DNA of 64,000 nt from a virus (taxonomy: Duplodnaviria; Caudoviricetes), in the IMG/VR virus record IMGVR_UViG_3300046170_000323, one strand, 5' to 3'. The notes under the pieces were generated by a model. It was not told the origin of the DNA, ran no database searches, and saw nothing but the letters and a program-made list of their open reading frames with translations. Of the stretch, positions 17,304 through 25,809 are shown piece after piece. Every line of letters begins with the position of its first letter. Positions within the stretch are counted from its first letter, which is position 1. A program made the translations under genes and the position numbers.

Positions 17304-18914
17304 TTAAAATAACCAGTCCTCATCCTGTCTCTTCACAGGTTGGAATCCAGCCTGTGGCAAGTCTTCACCTACGTCTATAAATCCAAATGGAAGTAAATCT
17401 TCTTCTATTTGTTCATCTGTCTTTTCTCTCAACTTCATCATCGTGTTGATATCTGTCAAATCTTTAAAGTAAAGTTGATCAGTTAACCACGAGAATATTA
17501 CCAAATTCATTACCAAATCATCATGTGCGCCAGATTCTGCTTCGTAAGATACACCCTTTTTCGAGAAACGTGATAATTCCTGAATTGTATTAAAGTCTTG
17601 TAAGATCAATTGTTCTTGCTCTATCAACATTTTTAAGATAGAACATCCCACCGATTTTACACTTTTTGTTGTTCTTATGCCATTGTCTACGCCACGTCCG
17701 AATCCACTTGATATCCTCTTTCCCATTCGCCCAGCGTTTTCTGTATAAAGAATATTTTCATATCCGTAGTCCATCAATAAAACATCTGCAACCTGTTCTC
17801 CGATATCATTGATCTCGACAAGAACAGCGGCCTCGTGATATAACATTCCTACTCTATATATAATAGACGCATAGTCCACCGGCGTGATGTAGTTATCACG
17901 AAAAACGCATATTTGTTTATAAGGCATTTCCGATATATCAATAACACAGAATGTAGAGTAATCCAATCCTTTGCCTCTAGATACGTCCACGGTAATAACA
18001 TAAGTGTGGTCTTGTAAAGGTTTTTCGTACTGGACGAGACCTTCTTGTTCTGCTATTGGTTGATTGTATGTCAAGGTTTTTAACTTTGCACCATTGATCA
18101 ACGTACCAGAACTGCCCAGAAACTCGCAACAATATTCTTGTCTGAATTTCTGTTCATCATGATCTAACGCTTCAAGAGTTTCTTGTCTCCAAGCCTCGTC
18201 ACGTCCTGGCACATCTGACCAGTTGACTTCAACATAATCATAACCATTCGTACCTTCTTTTGCACCCTTACAGGTTTTATAGAAGTGATTCAACCCATTT
18301 GGTGTTGATGTCATCAAAAGTTTTGTTGACTCACCAGATGAGATAGTTGGGTAAACAGATGCGAAGAACTCATCGTATCCTTCAATGAATGCAACCTCAT
18401 CAAGATAGAGGAAGTTCACAGATTTACCACGAATTGCACTAGAAGATGTTGTCCCTGCGAGGACTTGACATCCATTCTCTAATGCGATATTTCCTTTGTT
18501 CCATTCTTCAACACCTTGTTGCATCCACTTTGGTAATGCTTCGTATGCGAGTTTGACACGTGCCATAACTTCTTTGGCAGCGTCACCTTTGTTCGCAAGG
18601 ATTGCGACTGTCTTGAACTCGTTGAATAAAATGTAATGAAGAATAACTGCAGTCGCTGTTGTTGTCTTACCAGACTGTCGTGCAGTTAGAACTGCAACAC
18701 GGCGACCATTAGTAATTTTGTTTGTGATGTCTTCTTGGTAATCGTACATATTAAAAGGAACCAATCCTCTGTCAACGTGTACAATTTTAATATATGTTTT
18801 TGCAAAGTAAATAGGATCGTCTGCACACTTCATATACTCTTTGAGCATATCAGGTGTCCATTCTATTTGTTCGCCAATTCGTTTTAAGTTTACATTACCA
18901 AGATAACCTTGCAT
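17304..18914 (-). CDS. gp17: Terminase large subunit
   Basis: Walker A ARQSGKTT, Walker B LYLDE, TSTPNG, DVSRGKGLDYS, HDDLVM. Confidence 0.99.
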   Translation of the reverse strand: MQGYLGNVNLKRIGEQIEWTPDMLKEYMKCADDPIYFAKTYIKIVHVDRGLVPFNMYDYQEDITNKITNGRRVAVLTARQSGKTTTATAVILHYILFNEFKTVAILANKGDAAKEVMARVKLAYEALPKWMQQGVEEWNKGNIALENGCQVLAGTTSSSAIRGKSVNFLYLDEVAFIEGYDEFFASVYPTISSGESTKLLMTSTPNGLNHFYKTCKGAKEGTNGYDYVEVNWSDVPGRDEAWRQETLEALDHDEQKFRQEYCCEFLGSSGTLINGAKLKTLTYNQPIAEQEGLVQYEKPLQDHTYVITVDVSRGKGLDYSTFCVIDISEMPYKQICVFRDNYITPVDYASIIYRVGMLYHEAAVLVEINDIGEQVADVLLMDYGYENILYTENAGRMGKRISSGFGRGVDNGIRTTKSVKSVGCSILKMLIEQEQLILQDFNTIQELSRFSKKGVSYEAESGAHDDLVMNLVIFSWLTDQLYFKDLTDINTMMKLREKTDEQIEEDLLPFGFIDVGEDLPQAGFQPVKRQDEDWLF

Positions 18915-18919
18915 GGTTT

Positions 18920-19582
18920 CTATCCACCATCCTTGATCATTTTTAAGAGATCTGCAGTAGATACAATTAAGTTATTGTTTGTGATATTGGTCTCTTTCGG
19001 GCCATGTACCTTCTCTTCCTCTGCAAATTTCTTTTTAGAAGAAAGATCTACAAATTCCTTGTTTGCATCTAGTAGTGTCTTCATGAGAGTCGAAACCACC
19101 TCGAATGCACGAGGCGATTCCGACTGCTTTGCAATTGAAACCATTTCTTGTACTGCATCGTCTCCCATCTCAATGATGTTTTGAACATTCTGTTTAGCGA
19201 GTTCAATATCTTTGAGATTCTCGTCTGACTCTGCAGGTAGAACCAGATTGGTGTCTCCTGTTACTGTTACGGCAGTTTCACACTCACCACAACAATTTTC
19301 AGTTCCACAATCTGGGTGGTCTTCTAAGCGTACCTCTCCTTTAGTAACCTCAATACCGTCTTGCGTCTGCGTCGATCCTTTTGTTTCCTTATTCGACGCC
19401 AATTCAGATTCCTCATGTACTGTGGAACCCTCTTGTCTATCCTCGTCAGTTTGACTCTGTTTTCTATTAGATCCGAATCCTCCAGTAGATCGATTATCCG
19501 TATCTGGTTGTATAGTGTCCTCTGCTTGAGCTTCTGCAAGTGTTCGTACTCCCAATGTTGATGAAATTGTATCGTCAATCAT
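18920..19582 (-). CDS. gp16: Terminase small subunit with long N-terminal acidic/Cys insert
   Basis: AKQSESPRAFEVVSTLMK, TNNNLIVSTADLLK; directly upstream of gp17. Confidence 0.85.
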   Translation of the reverse strand: MIDDTISSTLGVRTLAEAQAEDTIQPDTDNRSTGGFGSNRKQSQTDEDRQEGSTVHEESELASNKETKGSTQTQDGIEVTKGEVRLEDHPDCGTENCCGECETAVTVTGDTNLVLPAESDENLKDIELAKQNVQNIIEMGDDAVQEMVSIAKQSESPRAFEVVSTLMKTLLDANKEFVDLSSKKKFAEEEKVHGPKETNITNNNLIVSTADLLKMIKDGG

Positions 19583-20403
19583 GGCGTGTTCACCTCTATC
19601 ACATTAATAACTCCCCAGTCGTCATCGAATTCGATCTGCGTATATGGGATTGTATTCGCAACGTCTGTTGTTGGAGTTCCGTTTGCTGTTAGACCTGGCT
19701 GTGTTGTGTACCTTTCTTGATAGGTGTCGTCGATAGAGGCAGTTGGACTAGTGTTTTGAGTAACCTTAACATCTACAAACTTAATCACTGGTTTCTCTCT
19801 GTCTGGCCCGAAGTACCATGCCTTCATAGTAAATCCTAGTGTATAAAGGACTGACTGTCTCTCTGTAAAGTCGCCTTCATAAATCTCTTCTGTGGTCACA
19901 CTGTTTAGAATCAAAGGAATATCGACTGGTTCGATATCATCAATAATCTTTACAGTAGACGTAAAGTCTGGATTGAAAAACGGAACAATCTGTTCCATTA
20001 GTTTCGCAGCATCTTCTGAATACTTGGTCATAATATATAGGGAGAATTCAAGGTTGTATGGAACACCTGCGTAAACAAAACCTCGACCAGTTGCACCACT
20101 TTCAATGGTTTGTTTTCTGATCTTCATCGTTGGATTGATTTTACGTTCGCCATCGTATTGCATACTGTTCAGTTCGAACGACATTCTTGGCAACGTAATT
20201 GCTGAGGGTTGATTCAAATCTGGATCTTGCGTAGATCTCGCAAGAACTTTCTGGAACGGTGCATAAGAAATTGGTACGATCATCTCTTGGATCTGCGCAC
20301 CTGCACTATTCGTTCTCTGAATTTTTAACTGATTAAAATAAGTACCAAAGAGGGCTACATATTTTCTTGTAGTTTGATTATAGAAATAATTTGCTATTGC
20401 CAT
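19579..20403 (-). CDS. gp15: Tail sheath stabilizer/terminator
   Basis: YFYNQTTRKYVALFGTYFN, VPISYAP, LPRMSFE, EQIVPFFNP, YFGP. Confidence 0.95.
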   Translation of the reverse strand: MAIANYFYNQTTRKYVALFGTYFNQLKIQRTNSAGAQIQEMIVPISYAPFQKVLARSTQDPDLNQPSAITLPRMSFELNSMQYDGERKINPTMKIRKQTIESGATGRGFVYAGVPYNLEFSLYIMTKYSEDAAKLMEQIVPFFNPDFTSTVKIIDDIEPVDIPLILNSVTTEEIYEGDFTERQSVLYTLGFTMKAWYFGPDREKPVIKFVDVKVTQNTSPTASIDDTYQERYTTQPGLTANGTPTTDVANTIPYTQIEFDDDWGVINVIEVNTP

Positions 20404-20411
20404 CTGGTCAC

Positions 20412-21119
20412 CTATGTGTTAGATACTGGATTATCATCTGGTATCGAAATCAATTCACTGAACGGATCGATCTCTGAGAAGTCGATAATACCATCTGCAT
20501 CTTTTTCGAAGAAGAAGTTATCTGCAATTGGATCTGTATTCGCAAGTGCTTCAAGAGTTGCAACATTTGCAGTACCACCAGTTGTAGTAACGATATCCTT
20601 CATTATATTGTCGATGTGTTGATAACCAGTTTCGATACGCTCGTTACTGTATTCCATCAACTCGCATTTCAAATCATATGTCTGTAGAGATCCCATCTGA
20701 TAGAATACAGACTCATGTTCTACATGCATGACCTTAAACAGTTTACCATTGATTGGGAAGTAGATTAGATCCCCTTCCAGTGGGCGTTTCTGTTGTGGTT
20801 CATCTTTAGTGACATAACGTTCGAATGTACGAACCGCCACAGAAAAGGTAACTTGGTCTCTGATCTGCAAACCAAACTTCGATAGGAAGTCACCTTCACC
20901 TTCAAAACCTTCGACATTTTTGACATACATTTCCATCTTGAACAGACGGTTGTAAAGAGGTGTGTCATCCTCATTTAAAATATTATCGACAGAACCTGCA
21001 GTACGAGGCAAGAATTCAACATCCACACCGTACATACGGATAGATTCGATCACCAGATCGTCAATGAGATTCTGTTCATTGAAATGTCCGTAGTTACGGA
21101 AGAATGCGTTCGTTGCCAT
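20412..21119 (-). CDS. gp14: Neck protein
   Basis: EQNLIDDLVIESIRMYG, YVKNVEGFEG, FLSKFG, EGDLIYFP. Confidence 0.95.
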   Translation of the reverse strand: MATNAFFRNYGHFNEQNLIDDLVIESIRMYGVDVEFLPRTAGSVDNILNEDDTPLYNRLFKMEMYVKNVEGFEGEGDFLSKFGLQIRDQVTFSVAVRTFERYVTKDEPQQKRPLEGDLIYFPINGKLFKVMHVEHESVFYQMGSLQTYDLKCELMEYSNERIETGYQHIDNIMKDIVTTTGGTANVATLEALANTDPIADNFFFEKDADGIIDFSEIDPFSELISIPDDNPVSNT

Positions 21120-21122
21120 GTC

Positions 21123-21866
21123 TTAACCAATAAAGTTATATGTGAGGGGTTGAAGATTGGAGATTGCTTCTTCTTCCATCTTCTCTCGTTCTGCACGTGC
21201 CTCCTGTAGGATCTGTTCGCCGTTAAACTGAACCCCACCCACAAGTTGCATGTTTGTGAACTTAGTAAGGTTCATTCCCCATTGTTCACGAACAAGTACT
21301 GATGCATAGTTCTGCAACCATCTGTCACTCCAGACATCTGGATATGTGCCAGCATCAATTACATCATATGCTTCAACAACAATGTAATCACCCACAACAA
21401 AGAGATCTTTCTCAATATCTATGTGAAGTCTATTAACGTGTCTATTATAACGAATGAGTGGTTTTCCAACTAACACTTCTTGCAACATGTCTAGGTGTTG
21501 CATACTCATGTAATAGTTTGTGATATTATAACCTGTAATGTCTTCAAGGTTGTTGAGTACGTATTGATAGGAAACGTTAAAGATACCAGTGCCTGAAGAG
21601 ATTGCAGACTTTAAATCGAACACACGAGAGATACCCAGAATATCCTGAGGCAATGGGAAATACCCATTGTCGATATCGTCCTGTGTAATTTGGTGTTTGA
21701 GATAAACAAGTTGACTACCATTATAATGATAGTCACGCCAGAATGAGACTGCTTCGTCTATACGGTCTTCTACTTGTTCCTCAGAAACATTGACTTCGAT
21801 AACTGGTGCGCCGATTTTACGAAGGATGTGTTCTACAAATTCTTGCCTTGTGGTTGGCTGTGCCAT
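21123..21866 (-). CDS. gp13: Neck protein
   Basis: LRKIGAPVIEVNV..EQVEDRID, QWGMNLTKF..MQLVGGVQFNG. Confidence 0.95.
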   Translation of the reverse strand: MAQPTTRQEFVEHILRKIGAPVIEVNVSEEQVEDRIDEAVSFWRDYHYNGSQLVYLKHQITQDDIDNGYFPLPQDILGISRVFDLKSAISSGTGIFNVSYQYVLNNLEDITGYNITNYYMSMQHLDMLQEVLVGKPLIRYNRHVNRLHIDIEKDLFVVGDYIVVEAYDVIDAGTYPDVWSDRWLQNYASVLVREQWGMNLTKFTNMQLVGGVQFNGEQILQEARAEREKMEEEAISNLQPLTYNFIG

Positions 21867-21902
21867 GATACGTTCCCTATGAACTTTTATTTGCTTTCTA
21901 GA

Positions 21903-21910
21903 TATTTATA
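21903..21910 (-). promoter_or_regulatory. T4-type late promoter
   Basis: TATAAATA overlapping the upstream stop, ahead of gp13. Confidence 0.8.
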
Positions 21911-22682
21911 ATAGACGGCGTTCTATGTCCTCTTCACTTAATTCATTTCCTTGCCATACTTCAATAACTTTGACAGGAACAGAACCAACGTTGGTTGCTT
22001 TATGCCACGTTCTAACAGGAATGTCAATACTATCACCTCTTTTATATATCTTTGAGGTTTTGTATTCGTTCGGAAACTCTAATTGCATTTTAAGTTCACC
22101 ACTAACAATGTGCCAGTGTTCTGAACGAATGAAGTGACGTTGATCTGATAGAGACTTACCTACATCAATTGAAAGTTCCTTAACTCTCCAGTAACCGTTT
22201 GTATCAAGAACAGTGTAAGTTCCCCACTTACGATTTACTTTTGGGTTCTTCCATTCCTTTAAGATCCAAGACGAAGAGTTCTTTTTATCTTCGCCACCAA
22301 CTCCGAATTGGAAAGATAGATTAGAAGATTCAACTTCCATCTCAGGTATGTTACCCGAAGTTCTATCTCCACCATTCGCAAATATGACATCATCTGTCTT
22401 ATATTCCTCACACATGTCCTCCACGAACTTTTTACAACTACCGTCTGCATCATACTCATCCGTAAAGATACAGATATTATCTACACATGATAATTCTTTA
22501 ACAATGGATGCACGTTCTTGGACAGGCATGAAGGAACGCCCCTTCTTTCTCTCCAACCATGCATCACTGTTGATACCTACAATTAGATGATCACCAAGTG
22601 CACGTGCTTTTTTAAAGTATTCAATATGTCCAGAGTGTAGGGGATCAAATCCACCCGATACCAAAACAACTTTCAAATTCAT
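21906..22682 (-). CDS. Cytidylyltransferase-like (HxGH) domain fused to mannose-6-phosphate isomerase type II-like cupin
   Basis: VSGGFDPLHSGHIEYF..ARALGD.LIVGINSD, ANGGDR; cupin RKWGTY...SLSDQRHFIRSEHW; start set at ATG 22682 by TAATG coupling and GAGGAG RBS. Confidence 0.85.
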   Translation of the reverse strand: MNLKVVLVSGGFDPLHSGHIEYFKKARALGDHLIVGINSDAWLERKKGRSFMPVQERASIVKELSCVDNICIFTDEYDADGSCKKFVEDMCEEYKTDDVIFANGGDRTSGNIPEMEVESSNLSFQFGVGGEDKKNSSSWILKEWKNPKVNRKWGTYTVLDTNGYWRVKELSIDVGKSLSDQRHFIRSEHWHIVSGELKMQLEFPNEYKTSKIYKRGDSIDIPVRTWHKATNVGSVPVKVIEVWQGNELSEEDIERRLL

Positions 22683-23912
22683 TACTCCTCTCTGTTGACG
22701 AGATATTCCCAAAAGAAGTTACTTTCTGATGCAGAGAAAAGTCTCTGTGGAATTTTGTTTGCAATAGACTTATGAACAAACCAATCCTCGTAAGGAACGC
22801 CTGGCCTGAAACAAAGGTTTTGACAAACAATCTCATAACCATTATCATGCATTATCTGTCTTGCTTCTGCACGAATGGCGGGATCAAGTCTGTAAGCATC
22901 ATGTTCGAACTGAACGACATTAAATTTAAATCTTCCAAACGGCATGTTCCTTAGAACTTGTATAGAAGTTTCATCAGTATCTATCTGAAGAAAGTCAATG
23001 GTACTTTCCATACAATGTTTTACGAGTAGATCCTCAAAGTCAACTTCCAAAGCATTTGCATTGATAATAGTGTTGTTTCTGCGTTGTGCAAAATCATATG
23101 CAAGATGTGCAGACCATTCTATAGATATGCCTTTCCAGTCGAACTTAGTTTCAAGTAGTGCAGTGTTATTGTGAGTAAAAGGATTACCAGATCCGATTTC
23201 AAGATATGTACCATTACGTTTACCATCTAAACAAGCGAGAACAAACATGTCTTGCATGTGTTTAGAGTAGTTCTCTTCAATAGATTCGATTCCATTAAAC
23301 GGAGCTGCAAATCTCTTTTGATCTCCTAGTTGATATGGGACTGCATCTGGCCAACCAATCTTTTCTAGGACTTGAAGAATGTATTCTTTAAACTCGTCGT
23401 AAGTATCATCCTTCTTATATCTTTTTCTATATATCAAGTCGAAGAACAATCGACGACCACTCTCCACACCAGAAATCTGCCAAGTTGCATGTGCCTGAAG
23501 ATACCACAACTCTCTGTCGCCTGGCCAGTCAATACCAACGTCTGGTGCGTTTCTAAACTGTAACGCTAAGTTTGCGTGTACAAGAACAACTCTCCAGTCA
23601 CCCATATTCTCCCCATGTTTGGCGAGAAAGAAATGTCCTTCTGGTCTGGCAGGTTGAAGTGCAATAGCATGTTGTAAAAGACCAGTTACTGTGTGATTAC
23701 GTCCGCCCTGTCTTTGATAACATAGAGCTGCACCAATCATACACCTGTACTGGAGTAGTTTATCTTTTTCTTCAAGATCTGCCGCACGAATGTAGAATGA
23801 CACAGCGGCAGCGCCCCTGTTCTAGTCTATCATACTCACATGCGAGTTCATACATCTTCTGCGTATTCTTTGGATCAAATACGTGTTCGTTTAATAGTTG
23901 TTGTAGATCCAT
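22682..23912 (-). CDS. TPR-like plus FkbM-like methyltransferase (~409 aa after removing one extra base at 23814-23817)
   Basis: Repaired N-terminus MDLQQLLNEHVFDP...EYDRLEQGAAAVSFYIRAA (helical repeats); C-terminal QDMFV...YLEIGS...NNTALLE...WKGISIE...IDFLQID. Confidence 0.75.
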
Positions 23913-23914
23913 TA

Positions 23915-24952
23915 TCACCCTCTCATCAAAAACTCATGAAAGACCTCTGCAGGTAATTCAAGAACAAAACATGCGTTGTCTTGCAACCCATAAGATATGT
24001 ATACTTTATTATTATGAAAAACCATTCCAGTGGCGAATTCAATATGAAAACTATTTCCTGTCACTGGATCTGTCTGAGTGCCCATGAAATGAAATTCTTG
24101 TGTGTGGTGAACAATATTCCAATCGTTATCCCAAACAATCGCACGATGTACATAGTGTCCATCTTTTCTTCCAAAAACATCCTTGCCAAGATCTACTTCA
24201 TGTGATATCGTAATACGTCTATCTTCAGACAATCGAAGGACTTGCGTCCCACCTCGAACATCTCTAGGCATTGGGATTTTACTGTTCTCATCTAAGACTG
24301 CAGTCTCAGTAGTACCCTCATCAATATTAAACTTGATTACTTCTGTGGGGTTTGTCCATTTAACAAAGTGATAAGGCATGTCAAGAACAGGAACCCAGTT
24401 CTTTTCACAATAAGTTTCATTAGGTGGGGGAGCGGGAATTGGGTGTCGTGCAATCTCTTTCCAGTTACCCCATTCATCCTGTACTATCTCTTGCATCTCC
24501 ATACGACCTTTGCCGTTTGAATCATAACAATCACGTCTTACTCCACACAAGAAGATTCTATTATCCCATGAGAATAGTCTACCATCTTCAAGTCCGATAA
24601 AGTTCCAAGTAGGATCTGTGTCCAATTCTGAGGTATCAATTCTACCTGCAGAAATAACATTACAGTCATTGTCCAGTTCGCACATAACATTATATGTGGT
24701 AAGCGTGACATCAGTTTCTGGATGGATATAAGCGAGAGGCCCAAACTGGTGAGGGAACTTCTTTCCTTCACTATGATACAGGGTGTAGTTGACGTGACGA
24801 ATGTTCATCAACAATCTTCCATCGTGTAGATAGAGAGAGGGATTCATAATCCCTGTTTCGCCCGTCAGTTCTTTGGGGAGTGTAATTGGGTGTAACTTCC
24901 CACCTCTTTTCAAGGCAAAAGTTGCAAGCCCATACAGATGCATGTCGTGCAT
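23915..24952 (-). CDS. Five-bladed beta-propeller glycosidase/phosphorylase-like protein (GH130/GH43-like)
   Basis: IMNPSL, GLEDGRLF, CEKNWVP, RGGTQV, IEFATG, ISYGLQD blade motifs. Confidence 0.65.
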   Translation of the reverse strand: MHDMHLYGLATFALKRGGKLHPITLPKELTGETGIMNPSLYLHDGRLLMNIRHVNYTLYHSEGKKFPHQFGPLAYIHPETDVTLTTYNVMCELDNDCNVISAGRIDTSELDTDPTWNFIGLEDGRLFSWDNRIFLCGVRRDCYDSNGKGRMEMQEIVQDEWGNWKEIARHPIPAPPPNETYCEKNWVPVLDMPYHFVKWTNPTEVIKFNIDEGTTETAVLDENSKIPMPRDVRGGTQVLRLSEDRRITISHEVDLGKDVFGRKDGHYVHRAIVWDNDWNIVHHTQEFHFMGTQTDPVTGNSFHIEFATGMVFHNNKVYISYGLQDNACFVLELPAEVFHEFLMRG

Positions 24953-24985
24953 GACACCTCCATTATTAAAGTTTCATCAAATTGA

Positions 24986-25014
24986 ATTATAACAGATTAA
25001 AATAGGTTTGTCAA
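24986..25014 (-). promoter_or_regulatory. Consensus sigma70 promoter for the carbohydrate cassette
   Basis: TTGACA (25014-25009), 17 nt, TATAAT (24991-24986); GGAGG RBS before ATG 24952. Confidence 0.8.
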
Positions 25015-25343
25015 GACCAAGGTGGCGTTCTTACAATAGAGTTTTTCTTATCAACTCTTCTTATAATTATATCATCGATCTTAGCGATCTCGCCTGCAGT
25101 TAGTTTGTTTTCCAACCATCCCACAACAGTTTCCTGTGTAAGATCAAAGAAGTTAACAAATTCTCCTTCTTCAACTTCCTCTGCAGTAAACCATGTGTTA
25201 CCCAAGAAATTGTGAGTTACGCCATCCGTATCAGTACCAATTCGTTTCCAAACGGCACGAACAACGGCATTCTGAAGAGTCGCACCATCACTGTTGGTTT
25301 GATCCTTCGTTTCCATACTCACAATTTCCCAAGTAAAGTTCAT
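25011..25343 (-). CDS. Small fibre-associated protein, paralogue B
   Basis: FTWEI...KDQTN...AVVRAVW...FVNFFDLTQETVVGWL; paralogous to 25355..25774. Confidence 0.75.
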   Translation of the reverse strand: MNFTWEIVSMETKDQTNSDGATLQNAVVRAVWKRIGTDTDGVTHNFLGNTWFTAEEVEEGEFVNFFDLTQETVVGWLENKLTAGEIAKIDDIIIRRVDKKNSIVRTPPWS

Positions 25344-25354
25344 GACATTCTACC

Positions 25355-25774
25355 TTATTCTTCGCCATCGTCAGCAGAATCGTCTGCAGATGCTTCTGCT
25401 TCTGCATCCGCTGGAGCTGCCCAAGGTAGTGCTTTCTCTTCAATCTCTTCTGTAGTACCGAACTTTTCTTCGATGTCGAGTGTGAGACGTTCAGTGATGT
25501 GCTCCATGTAAGCTTCATCATTTTCTACAATGTTTCTGATCCACCCGATGACTGTATCCTCAGTCAAGTCGTCGAATGCGACGAAAGACCCTGCAGGTAC
25601 GTTTGCTGCAGAAAGAGGTGTTGCACCAGCCCAAGATCCACTCTGACCTGCAGAGTTAGTGCCTGTGATAGTCCAATGTGTTTGGTATACGGCACGATTG
25701 AGTGTTGCACCCTCGTGGTTAGTTTCGTCTTTAAGTTTAAGACTGTTGATTGCCCATGCATATGTAAGTGACAT
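25355..25774 (-). CDS. Small fibre-associated protein, paralogue A
   Basis: YAWAI...KDETN...AVYQTHW...FVAFDDLTEDTVIGWI; directly downstream of the S74 fibre. Confidence 0.75.
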   Translation of the reverse strand: MSLTYAWAINSLKLKDETNHEGATLNRAVYQTHWTITGTNSAGQSGSWAGATPLSAANVPAGSFVAFDDLTEDTVIGWIRNIVENDEAYMEHITERLTLDIEEKFGTTEEIEEKALPWAAPADAEAEASADDSADDGEE

Positions 25775-25809
25775 AATTTTTTCTCCGATTTAAATTAAAA
25801 TATCTTGTT

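Noticed and set aside
8808-18914. Introns or inteins in gp23, gp20 and gp17
   Set aside because: Lengths and motif spacing look normal, with no splicing or homing-endonuclease motifs
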